Of a stretch of DNA of 64,000 nt, positions 26,394-35,179 are shown piece after piece. The stretch lies in assembly GCA_033764015.1 (NCBI GenBank), contig JANRJK010000013.1:512001-576000 (forward strand), given 5' to 3'. Position 1 is the first letter of the stretch. Every line of letters begins with the position of its first letter. The notes under the pieces were generated by a model. That model was not told where the DNA came from. It ran no database searches and worked only from the letters and a program-made list of their open reading frames with translations. This DNA is from Candidatus Sumerlaeia bacterium. GTDB lineage: Bacteria; Sumerlaeota; Sumerlaeia; SLMS01; JANRJK01. Position numbers and translations under genes: made by a program.

Positions 26394-28328
26394 TCAGACC
26401 CCTCCCGGGCGTTTCCGCTTCCGATCGAAGACCAACGCACCCTCCAGCTTCTTCGTCGCTTTGCGCAGGGGCGCCGGGCAGTCGGACGCGCTGAAGAGCA
26501 CGAACCGGAATGGAAGCCTGTCCAGCCGTTCCATCATCGCGTCCTCGATCTTCTGCTTGGCGGTTTCCTGCGACGTGTGAAGTCCCCGGGGCCCAATCTC
26601 CAGCAGGACCATTCGCGCCTTCTGGTCTGCGAGCTCCTTCACTTGCTTCTGGACGATCCACGCTCGGACCACCTCGGGCGAAGACTCCATGGCCGCCCTG
26701 AACGGCTCGAGCTCGCCTTCGCTCAGTCCGTGTGGAAGGAAGACGTCCTTGCGTGAGATGGTGGACCGCTCCTCGGCGGCGCGCTCGAACGCCTCGGCGT
26801 CCGCGTCCAAGGCGCCCAGCATCCCGCGCGCCTCCCCGTGCTGCCCGGTTCGCCGATAGTAGGCGTAGAGCACTTGCCGAGCGGAGTCGGCGATCAAGCG
26901 GTCGCGCCCAAGGAGGTCCTCAAGCAGGTCGAGGCCGCGCTCGCAGTCGTCCTCCAGCAGGAGCCGCCCGGCATGCAGGCGCGCGCGCAGGCTCTCGGGA
27001 TGCCCCTCCAGGTACTGCTCGGTGAATCGCAGGGCCGCCCCGGGGCCTTCCAGAAACTCGAGAACCTCGATTCGCTCGCACGCCAGCTCCTCGTTCGCGG
27101 GGTCGCTGGGGCGCTTCGCGTCGATCTCCGCCAGCCGCTTGCGCGCCTCCTCCATCTGGTCGACCAGTATCTCCCACGAGTCGGCGAACCAGTTTTCCAG
27201 CGTGAACTTGTCGAGGAGATCCGCCACTTCCGAAGTCCCATGCGGGAAATACTCGGAAGTGGCGGGAGCTTGCACCCGGGGAGGCCATAGCCCACGGACG
27301 GCTAGCAACGCTTTCGCGTCCCCGCCTTGCACTTGCACACCGATCGCCTCCAACCGGTCGACAAGGGAAGGGTGCGTGTCGTCGTACTCGGTCTCACGCA
27401 GCAGCATTCGTTCAAGCGATTCGTCGAGCCCCGTTCCGTCCGCCTTGGCGGTGGCTGCCGCGATGGCCAGCGCGGCGATGGAGGGTGGATTCCGCGCACC
27501 GCTGCGGGCCAAGGTCATCAACGACTCGTTCAGCCTAGCGGCGTATCCGGCGCCCAGAGCGTGGAATCCGAGAAGCATTCTCGCCGTCTCTTCGACCCCC
27601 GAGACCGCCACCGACGCCGCGTCGGCCTCGTACTCCCGCGCGCGCATGAGGGCGAAGGCCCTCGCTCCGAGCCGGGGGGCGTACCAGGTGACGAATTGGC
27701 GCACGAGAAACCCCTGAGCCGCGATCCCGCTGTCGCTAGCCAAGCGGTCCCACATCGTTGATATCATGCAGATTCGCGCCCTGAACTCGCCGTGCAGCCC
27801 GGAAAGGCGCCCAAGTTCATGGGCGAGGAGGGCGCGCACCTGCGGACGGGACATCGCGTGGAGCAGCGGCAGCCCGATCGACAGTGTCCTCAGCTGCCAG
27901 CCGAACGCGCCGAGGCGAGGGGTCTGCGCGAGCGAGGCGTTGAACTCGTCCGTGAGCAGGACTTGGTGTACAGCCGGGCATTCGAGCCGCGTCCTGAGCT
28001 CTTCCAAGTCTGCGAACAGTTGAGGGGAGTGGCGATTCTCGATCACCACTCCAGTTGGCGCCGGAACCCTCACCATGAGAGCTTGGGCCAATCCTACATT
28101 GGCCGCGAGCGCCACGATCAGGACCGCCATGGCGACGACTCCTGCGTGCCCGGATAGCACGAGCAGCACGGCCGCGAAACTTGCGGAGATACCCAGCAAC
28201 GCCAGCAACCCGAAGTACAAGTGGCCCAGCGCGGCGAACAGCAGCACGCCCCGCCGGAAAGCCGCCGGGTCGCGCTCCTCCAGCTCCTCGTAACGGTGGA
28301 CCCTCGCCTCGAACTGCTCGCGCTTCAT
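26394..28328 (-). CDS. M48 family (HtpX/Ste24-like) membrane metallopeptidase homologue with a helical/TPR-like C-terminus; zinc motif altered
   Basis: Two N-terminal TM segments, DEFNA, LSIGLPLL, LLAHELGR (expected HELGH), REYEADA, THPSLVDRL. GGAGG-like RBS precedes the ATG at 28328. Confidence 0.82.
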   Translation of the reverse strand: MKREQFEARVHRYEELEERDPAAFRRGVLLFAALGHLYFGLLALLGISASFAAVLLVLSGHAGVVAMAVLIVALAANVGLAQALMVRVPAPTGVVIENRHSPQLFADLEELRTRLECPAVHQVLLTDEFNASLAQTPRLGAFGWQLRTLSIGLPLLHAMSRPQVRALLAHELGRLSGLHGEFRARICMISTMWDRLASDSGIAAQGFLVRQFVTWYAPRLGARAFALMRAREYEADAASVAVSGVEETARMLLGFHALGAGYAARLNESLMTLARSGARNPPSIAALAIAAATAKADGTGLDESLERMLLRETEYDDTHPSLVDRLEAIGVQVQGGDAKALLAVRGLWPPRVQAPATSEYFPHGTSEVADLLDKFTLENWFADSWEILVDQMEEARKRLAEIDAKRPSDPANEELACERIEVLEFLEGPGAALRFTEQYLEGHPESLRARLHAGRLLLEDDCERGLDLLEDLLGRDRLIADSARQVLYAYYRRTGQHGEARGMLGALDADAEAFERAAEERSTISRKDVFLPHGLSEGELEPFRAAMESSPEVVRAWIVQKQVKELADQKARMVLLEIGPRGLHTSQETAKQKIEDAMMERLDRLPFRFVLFSASDCPAPLRKATKKLEGALVFDRKRKRPGGV

Positions 28329-28482
28329 GCCGCCGACACCTCGCGGACAATTGTGAAGAAACGTCGATCCAGGACTCGGGCTCCGTGCAACGCTAAAGCC
28401 CGTTCGATCCGACGCCAATGCGCGACCGAAGCCCCCCAATCCCGCGGAGTCGGCTCGTTCGGCGATGTGTGCGCTGTGCGAA

Positions 28483-28559
<77 letters not shown>

Positions 28560-28722
28560 GGTCCAATGGTGGTGTAGCCTGCGCGACCGGTGGGCCGCCA
28601 AGGAAAATGCGCGCCCGCAACCACTGGCGGGCTTGGCGGCGGGCGATTCGGCCTTGCATTCGCTCCCCCCTGCGCGACGCCATCGTGTCGCCGCCGCGAG
28701 CGGCCCCCCATTCGGAGCCTCC

Positions 28723-29988
28723 TTGGACAGTCCCACGCCGGCGGGCGCGCCCGGTTCGCTCGTCACCATTCCGAACAGCCCGTGGCGGCTCGCCGCCGCG
28801 ATGGGCGCCCTCTTCATCACCACCGGCGTTTTCCTGCCGTTCCTGCCGGTCTACGCGAGGTCGCACGGCATCGGGGCGTCGGGGACCGCGCTGCTCCTCG
28901 GCATGATCCCGTTGGCGACGATCGCCTGCGCCCAGTATTTGGGCTACTTGGCGGACATGTTCTTCACGCGCACCCGGCTGATCATCGTGTCGGCGGTCGT
29001 GTGCTTCGCGATCGCGTGGCTCTTTCCGCTGGTTCCGCCGACGACGGCGTGGCTCGCCGCGCTGACGCTGCTCTACACGGCGATGTGCGCCGCTCGCATG
29101 TCGATGATGAATTCGATCGTGCTTGCGAGCCACCGTGGCGACGAACGCTACGGGGCGATCCGCATCGCCGGTTCCGTCACCTTCACGGTGGTGATCTTCG
29201 CGGTGGGGTGGCTGGTGGACCAGCCCTGGGCGCGGATCGAGTACGTCTTCCCGGTGCTGGCGTTCGGCGAGCTGGCGATCTGGCTCGCCGCGGCGGGGCT
29301 GCGCGACCTGCCCCCGGCGGAGCGCCTCGCGAACGCGCCGCCGCGCATCGGCTTCCGCGAAGCGCAACGCCGGCTCCTGTCGCATCCCGTCCTGCGGCCC
29401 TTCTACGTCTTCACGCTCGCGACGCAGCTCAGCGCCTACGCGGGGCACCAGATGCAGGTGCGCCTGCTGCAGGAGATGGACGAGTCGGCGCTGGTCTCGA
29501 CCGCGAGCCTCGCCATCGGCGCCATCGCCGAGATCGCTATCTTCGCAGCCTCGGCGTGGATTTTCCGGCGCTTCCCGCTGATCCGCCTCATGGCGGTCGG
29601 GGCCGCCGCGCTGAGCCTCCGCTGGGCGCTCGTGTGGCTGTTCCCCTCCGCCGCCGTGGTGCTCGCGTCGAACGTGCTCCACATGCTGACGTTCGGCCTC
29701 GCCTTCCTGACGGGCATCCTGTTCGTCAACCGCATGAGCCCGCCCGAGCTGAAGTCGAGCGGTCTCACGATGTTCGGCATGTTCTTCTTCTCACTGCCCG
29801 CGCTGGTGGGATCCGCCGTCTCGGTGCTGGTGCTGCGGTGGGTGTCGATCTTCGACTTCTACGGCCTGATGTCGCTGGCCGCGCTGGCAGCGCTCGCGAC
29901 GGTCCCGCCGCTCGCGAGGGCGTGGGACGAGTACTGCCGCATCTCGATGCAAGTGCCTCGCATGGAGATGCTCGGGCGGGTGGCCTAG
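28723..29988 (+). CDS. MFS transporter (MFS_1_like / HcaT-nucleoside symporter-like)
   Basis: About 12 TM segments; FLPFLPVY, GYLAD, RYGAIRIAGS, AEIAIF, LRW, LHMLTFG. TTG at 28723 follows GGAG; start uncertain. Confidence 0.82.
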   Translation: MDSPTPAGAPGSLVTIPNSPWRLAAAMGALFITTGVFLPFLPVYARSHGIGASGTALLLGMIPLATIACAQYLGYLADMFFTRTRLIIVSAVVCFAIAWLFPLVPPTTAWLAALTLLYTAMCAARMSMMNSIVLASHRGDERYGAIRIAGSVTFTVVIFAVGWLVDQPWARIEYVFPVLAFGELAIWLAAAGLRDLPPAERLANAPPRIGFREAQRRLLSHPVLRPFYVFTLATQLSAYAGHQMQVRLLQEMDESALVSTASLAIGAIAEIAIFAASAWIFRRFPLIRLMAVGAAALSLRWALVWLFPSAAVVLASNVLHMLTFGLAFLTGILFVNRMSPPELKSSGLTMFGMFFFSLPALVGSAVSVLVLRWVSIFDFYGLMSLAALAALATVPPLARAWDEYCRISMQVPRMEMLGRVA

Positions 29989-29992
29989 CCGC

Positions 29993-30439
29993 TCAGCCCG
30001 CGGCGAGGGACTTGCCGATGGCTTTCAGATCCTCCTCCATCGCCTTCTTCATCATGCCGACCATCGCACCCGCGAGGAGCGCCATGGCCTTCGCAGCAGC
30101 CGTTAGCGGCGTGGCCTCGAAGCGGAGCACCACACGCGTGCCCGCGCCGTCCGGCGACAGCTCGAACGCCGTGCGGTAGCGCATGCCGTGCGATTCGCAG
30201 CCCACCTCGACCAGCCGGTCAGGCTCGAGCGCCGTCAGCTCCAGCACCTCGGTCGCCTCCTTGCCGAACATGATCCGCTTCTCGCGCCACTTCGTTCCGA
30301 CGCCGCACTCGCCGGGCGTGAGCATCTCGACCGACTTGATCGCCGGGATGCGCGAGGGGCTGCCGGGGATGTCGATCAGCGCGGCGTAGACGGCCGGGGG
30401 AGGGGCGTCGATCCGGTGCTCGGTTTCGAAGGCGGGCAT
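29993..30439 (-). CDS. SRPBCC (polyketide cyclase/START-like) family protein
   Basis: IDAPPPAVYAALID...GVGTKWREKR...FELSPDGAGTRV and a C-terminal helix DLKAI. GGAG RBS. Confidence 0.85.
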   Translation of the reverse strand: MPAFETEHRIDAPPPAVYAALIDIPGSPSRIPAIKSVEMLTPGECGVGTKWREKRIMFGKEATEVLELTALEPDRLVEVGCESHGMRYRTAFELSPDGAGTRVVLRFEATPLTAAAKAMALLAGAMVGMMKKAMEEDLKAIGKSLAAG

Positions 30440-30591
30440 GGCGGGTCTCCTGTTCGTGGGGCCATTGATCGCAGCCCTATCGCCTCGCCTTGGCAAGTCG
30501 CAAACCGGTGGCTGGCATCGGCGGTCGCGCTTGACCGTGCACTAAGGAAGCGCTTGATTATCGCCTTCGGCCTTTAAAGGGGTGGCCCGCC

Positions 30592-31368
30592 ATGTATCCG
30601 CGCCGACTTTCCGTGCTCTCCGCCTGCCTGCTCCTCGCGGCGGCATTTCTGCTCCAGTCCTGCAAGAAGGCGGAGGAGGCCCCGGCGGGTCCCGTCCGCG
30701 ACAAGGTGGTCGTCGGCACCGAGGCGGCCTACCCGCCGATGGAGTTCGTCGACGACGCCGGCGAGATCACCGGCTTCGACATCGAGCTGATGCGCGCCAT
30801 CGCCGCCGAGGCAGACTTCGACGTCGAATTCCGCAACCTCTCCTGGGACGCGCTCTTCGGCACGCTGATGAATGGCGACATCGACGCCATCGTGTCCTCG
30901 GTCACCATCACCGAGGAGCGGAAGAAGACCATGGCCTTCACCGATCCCTACATCAACAGCGGCCAGCGCCTGATCGTCCACAAGGACCGGGGCGGGAAGG
31001 ACAACCGCCTCGAGACGATGGACGGCCAGACCATCGGCGTCCAGATCGGCACCACGGGCGCGACGCTGCTGGAGGACCTGTTCCCGAACGTCAAGGTGCG
31101 CGTTTACGAGAACGTTATCCTTGGCTTCGAGGATTTGTCGCAGGGTAACCTCGACGGATTCTTCGTGGATGCGCCCGTGGCGGCGTACTACCGCGACCGC
31201 GGCCGCTTCGAGAACCTGCTCTTCGTCGAGCAGGAGTACTCATCGGAGCAGTACGGGATCGTGGTGGGCCAGGAGAACGCCGAGCTGCTCGCTCGCATCA
31301 ACGACGGCCTCGCGAAGGCGAAAGAGAAGGGCATTGTTAAGCAACTCGAGGACAAGTGGCTCCGCTAG
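30592..31368 (+). CDS. Polar amino-acid ABC transporter substrate-binding lipoprotein (SBP family 3)
   Basis: Lipobox LQSC, GTEAAYPPMEF, GFDIEL, TITEERKK..FTDPY, GVQIGTT, EQYGI, KW end. Confidence 0.9.
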   Translation: MYPRRLSVLSACLLLAAAFLLQSCKKAEEAPAGPVRDKVVVGTEAAYPPMEFVDDAGEITGFDIELMRAIAAEADFDVEFRNLSWDALFGTLMNGDIDAIVSSVTITEERKKTMAFTDPYINSGQRLIVHKDRGGKDNRLETMDGQTIGVQIGTTGATLLEDLFPNVKVRVYENVILGFEDLSQGNLDGFFVDAPVAAYYRDRGRFENLLFVEQEYSSEQYGIVVGQENAELLARINDGLAKAKEKGIVKQLEDKWLR

Positions 31369-32137
31369 TCTCGCGTGGTGGGCGGTCCTCGGGCTGTCCG
31401 CGGCGCTCGCGGCCGGCGCCCTCCTGCATGACACGAACCGCGAGACGAACCCGTTCTGGCGGCTCTCCGAGACAATCCTGACGGCGTCGAAGACGACGCT
31501 CTACCTGATGGCCGCGTCCGCCGCGCTGGCCACGCTCTTCGGCATCGTCATCGCCGTCTTCCGGGTGTCGCGGAAGAAGCCGCTCCAATTCCTCGGCGCC
31601 ATCTACGTCGAGCTGATCCGCGGCGTGCCGCTGCTCGTGCTCCTGCTGCTGATCTACTACGGCGTGAACCGCCACCTGGGGCCCACGTCGAACCCAACGG
31701 GTCTCGACCTCCGCCTGAGTCAGTTCTGGGCCGCGGTCGTGGGCATCTCGCTTTGCTACGCGGCGTTCATCGGCGAAGCGATCCGCGCCGGAATCCAGGC
31801 GATCCCGCCGGAGGAGATCGAGGCCGCCGTCCTCGAAGGCAACCGCTTCCAGGTCTACCGCTACATCATCGTGCCCCAGGCGTTCCGCATCGTCCTGCCC
31901 TCGTGGACCAACGAGATGGTGGCGATGCTGAAGGACACGTCGCTCGTCTACGCGGTCGCGCTGACCGACATCACCTGGGCGGCGAAGATCTTCGGCGCCA
32001 GCACGGGCTACTACTTCGAGGCATACGGCGCCGTCGCGCTCGTGTACGCGGTGCTCACGCTGCTGCTGAGCCGCTTCGCCCGGTGGCTCGAGCTGACGCT
32101 CCAGGTCGAGCAGTTCCACGCGGGCAACACGCACTAG
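31334..32137 (+). CDS. Amino-acid ABC transporter permease (HisQ/GlnP family)
   Basis: YVELIRGVPLLV, EAIRAGIQAIP..EIEAA, IIVPQAFRIVLP, LKDTSL. Start uncertain (TTG 31334 overlaps the SBP gene end). Confidence 0.85.
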   Translation: MLSNSRTSGSASLAWWAVLGLSAALAAGALLHDTNRETNPFWRLSETILTASKTTLYLMAASAALATLFGIVIAVFRVSRKKPLQFLGAIYVELIRGVPLLVLLLLIYYGVNRHLGPTSNPTGLDLRLSQFWAAVVGISLCYAAFIGEAIRAGIQAIPPEEIEAAVLEGNRFQVYRYIIVPQAFRIVLPSWTNEMVAMLKDTSLVYAVALTDITWAAKIFGASTGYYFEAYGAVALVYAVLTLLLSRFARWLELTLQVEQFHAGNTH

Positions 32138-32146
32138 CCGGCGCGG

Positions 32147-34042
32147 TCACTTCGGGATGTAGTGGTGCCCCCAGCCGCGCGCCTCGCGGTCCGCGAGGAT
32201 GTGCACGGTCCGAACCCGGTCGAGCAGGGCGGACGAGAACGACGAGAGCGGCATGTGGATCACGCCGACGCCGACGTGGCGCGCGAGCTCGCGCAGGTCC
32301 GCGTCGATCGGCGCGGCGGACACCACCGCGACGTGGCGCTGGCGCGAGAGAAGGATCGCCGCGGCCACCAGCGCCCGCCCGTGCGTCCGCCACGGGACCA
32401 CGAAGGCGGGCTCGCTCCAGATGTCCGGGATGCCGCACGCCGGGTAGACGGAGAGCAGCGCGTCGTAGCGGCTGCGGCTGATGCCGGGGCCCACCGCGTC
32501 CTTCCCCGGGGTGGGCGCGCAGACCACCGCGATGTCCGACTCGTTCTGGTTCTCGGCGTAGAGCGTCGCGCGCCACAGCCCGCCGGTGCGCATCGGTGTG
32601 TCGTGCCAGAGGATCACGACGGGGCCGATGCGTCCGCGCGGCGACAGGTCGCGGCGCACGAAGAGCTTCCCCTCGTGCGCGCGGCGGATCGTCTCGCGCG
32701 TGTCGAGGCCGTCGAGAAAGCTGGTCGAGAACTCCTCCACGCGGCGCTGGCCCTCGCTGAGCTTCTCGAGCGCGCGTTGGCGCACGTAGCGGAGGAACGC
32801 CTCGAGGCGGATGTCCTCCGGCGGCCAAGAGCAGATCGTCGAGGAGCGGAAGCCGCCGGACTTGCGTAGCTTCTCCCAGTAGGCGGCTGCCTGCGCGGCG
32901 GTGGGTTTGCGGCGGAAGCTGAACACCAGCTCGCGCAGGTCGCCCGACGGGTAGGCGGGTTCGATCCGCGTGGTGCCCTCGGGGAACTCGGCGTAAAGGC
33001 TGAGGCTCTCGTGGCGGAGCGTCCGCGTCTCCTCCGCACCCGGCGCGGCGTCCTCCGAAGCCTCGGCGGGCTCCTCCGGGGCGGCGCCGGTGTTCGGTGG
33101 ATAGCGTGTCGCCAGGTCGAACAGCAGCGCGCCGTACTCGTCGTCCACGCAGGCCTTCGCCGCCTGCACCAGGTCGGAGAAATCGGGCAGCATCCGGCCG
33201 CGCACCAGCGCGAGGTTCCTGGCGTACTGGCGGAGAGCCTTCCACTCGGTGGGGGAGACGCGGCGTTTCACGCGCCTCGCATAGCGACGCCCCGCGTGGC
33301 GCAGCATGGCGCCCATGGCGGAGCCTCGCTCGAAAGGCGTCGCGAGTCCCGGCGAGTCGTGCCGGAACCGCTCGTAGCGGTAGAGCAGGTACGGCAGTTC
33401 GATGGAGGCGTGGCCGCTCTTCGACTCGGGGATGGGGAGCAGCTCGCACTCGGAAACGTCGTCGTCGGAGGCGAGCTTGCCGGGCGGGATTCCTTCGCGC
33501 CAGAGGCGCCGCAGCGCGGCCGCCACGGGGAACGAAACCACGAGCAGCGTCCGCGGCGAGCGCTCCTCGATGAGGCGGACGCGCCGCGCGATGGTGAGCA
33601 TCCGCTCGTCGGGCGCGATGTCCGCGAAGGCGTCGAGGCACCGCGAAGCGTACTCGGCGAAGCCGAGCGCGGGCGCCGCGTCGCCGTCCGGCAGCGGAGG
33701 GTGCGGGGAGCCGCTCGCCCCCTGCGGGACGTCGAGGAGTTCGCTGTCCACGGCGTAGTCGAGCGCGAGCCGGCAGGCCTCGACCGCCGCGTCGGCGGGG
33801 TCGTTCGCCACGAACCAGCCGCGCCCCGCGCCGTCGCGGTAAGCCAGCATCATCAGCTCCGGCAGGTGCTCCAGCAGCTCGAAGCACCGCGGCGTGATCG
33901 CGCGCGGGAGCTCGGCGGCCACCGTGTCCGGGCGGAGTTCGTGGAACGCCCGCCGCACCGCGTTCACGAAGGCGAAGCGCCCCCGGACGAAGGGGACCAG
34001 GAACAGGGTGTCGGTCAGCGGGACGTAGGTCTGGGTGGCCAC
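32147..34042 (-). CDS. Conserved hypothetical protein; N-terminus reminiscent of TraB/GumN/DUF5682-like proteins
   Basis: 631-aa ORF with normal codon bias, 9 nt downstream of tyrA. Motifs RPDTVAAELP, DPADAAVEA, ICSWPPED, DGLDTRETIR. Confidence 0.7.
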   Translation of the reverse strand: MATQTYVPLTDTLFLVPFVRGRFAFVNAVRRAFHELRPDTVAAELPRAITPRCFELLEHLPELMMLAYRDGAGRGWFVANDPADAAVEACRLALDYAVDSELLDVPQGASGSPHPPLPDGDAAPALGFAEYASRCLDAFADIAPDERMLTIARRVRLIEERSPRTLLVVSFPVAAALRRLWREGIPPGKLASDDDVSECELLPIPESKSGHASIELPYLLYRYERFRHDSPGLATPFERGSAMGAMLRHAGRRYARRVKRRVSPTEWKALRQYARNLALVRGRMLPDFSDLVQAAKACVDDEYGALLFDLATRYPPNTGAAPEEPAEASEDAAPGAEETRTLRHESLSLYAEFPEGTTRIEPAYPSGDLRELVFSFRRKPTAAQAAAYWEKLRKSGGFRSSTICSWPPEDIRLEAFLRYVRQRALEKLSEGQRRVEEFSTSFLDGLDTRETIRRAHEGKLFVRRDLSPRGRIGPVVILWHDTPMRTGGLWRATLYAENQNESDIAVVCAPTPGKDAVGPGISRSRYDALLSVYPACGIPDIWSEPAFVVPWRTHGRALVAAAILLSRQRHVAVVSAAPIDADLRELARHVGVGVIHMPLSSFSSALLDRVRTVHILADREARGWGHHYIPK

Positions 34043-34051
34043 GGCGGCGGC

Positions 34052-35179
34052 TCAGAAGCGCTCGACGAGCTTGTCGATCAGGTACGTGCTCTCGCGGATC
34101 GCCTGGTCGCCGAAGGGGCCGAACCACTCGGCGATGCGCATGAACTCGCGGTGGAACGCCTCGCGGTCGCCCGCCTCGACCATCGGGAGGTTCGCGTGCA
34201 GCGAGGCGGCGTACTCCGCCAGCAGCGCCCGGCGCTCCGCCGTGGCGAAGATGATCTCCGCGTAGAGGTCCGGGTCCTGCGCGAAGAGGCGCCCGACCAT
34301 GGCCAGCTCGAGGCGGTAGATCGGGCTGGAGAAGTCGAGGGTTCGCCGCAGGTCGACGCGCCGCCGCTCGAGGAACTGCCCGAAGGCGAAGGTGGCGAAG
34401 TGGCGCAGCGCCTGCACCACCGCCATCGCCTCGTCGTGCTCCTCCGCGGTCGCGGGCATGACGACCGCGCCCCAGGCCGCGAGCTGCTCGAGCAGCCATG
34501 AGCAGCGCTCCGGCGCGCGGCCCTCGACCGCCACGACGATCTGCTTGTCGAGCGTGTGCGTCGTGGGGCCGAACATCGGGTGGAGCCCGAGCACCGGCCC
34601 CGCGTGCGCGGCGAGCATCGCGCGCACCGGGCCCGCCTTCACGCTGGTGATGTCGGCGAGGACGCACTCCGGCGGCAGCACCCCGGACACCTGCGCGACG
34701 ACCGACTCGGTGCGGTCGATCGGCACCGAGACGATGGCTGCGTCGCAGCCCGCCGCCAGCGTCCGGGCCCGGGGCCAGTCGCCCCGGTCCAGCACGCGGG
34801 CCTCGTAGCCCGCGTCCTCGAACCAGCGCCGCAGGCAGCGCCCCATGGCGCCGTCGCCTCCGACCAGCAGCACGCGAGCACCGGGGCGCACCGCGTGGCG
34901 CGCCGTTTCGCGCCCCTGCTGGACGCGGCTTTCGCGCAGCAGCCGCCGGAACACGTCCTCGACGCAATCGGGCGGGAGCCCCGCGGCGAGGGCGCGCGCG
35001 CGGCGGTCCGTGATCAAGTCCTCCTCGCGCGACGGGTGGTAGACGGGGAGTCCATGGGCCTTCTTATGCGCGGCCACGCGCTCCACCGCGCCGCGCCGCC
35101 GCGCCAGCAGCGCCAGCAGCTCGCCGTCGATCGCGTCGATCTCCTCCCGGAGCGCTCCGAGTCCGCTGTCCGCGCTCAC
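34052..35179 (-). CDS. tyrA: Bifunctional chorismate mutase / prephenate dehydrogenase (T-protein)
   Basis: LREEIDAIDGELLALLARR (CM_2), VGGDGAMG, DITSVK, GLHPMFGP, EHDEAM.VVQALRHF, SSPIYRLE.AMVGRLFAQDP.LY. Confidence 0.93.
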   Translation of the reverse strand: MSADSGLGALREEIDAIDGELLALLARRRGAVERVAAHKKAHGLPVYHPSREEDLITDRRARALAAGLPPDCVEDVFRRLLRESRVQQGRETARHAVRPGARVLLVGGDGAMGRCLRRWFEDAGYEARVLDRGDWPRARTLAAGCDAAIVSVPIDRTESVVAQVSGVLPPECVLADITSVKAGPVRAMLAAHAGPVLGLHPMFGPTTHTLDKQIVVAVEGRAPERCSWLLEQLAAWGAVVMPATAEEHDEAMAVVQALRHFATFAFGQFLERRRVDLRRTLDFSSPIYRLELAMVGRLFAQDPDLYAEIIFATAERRALLAEYAASLHANLPMVEAGDREAFHREFMRIAEWFGPFGDQAIRESTYLIDKLVERF

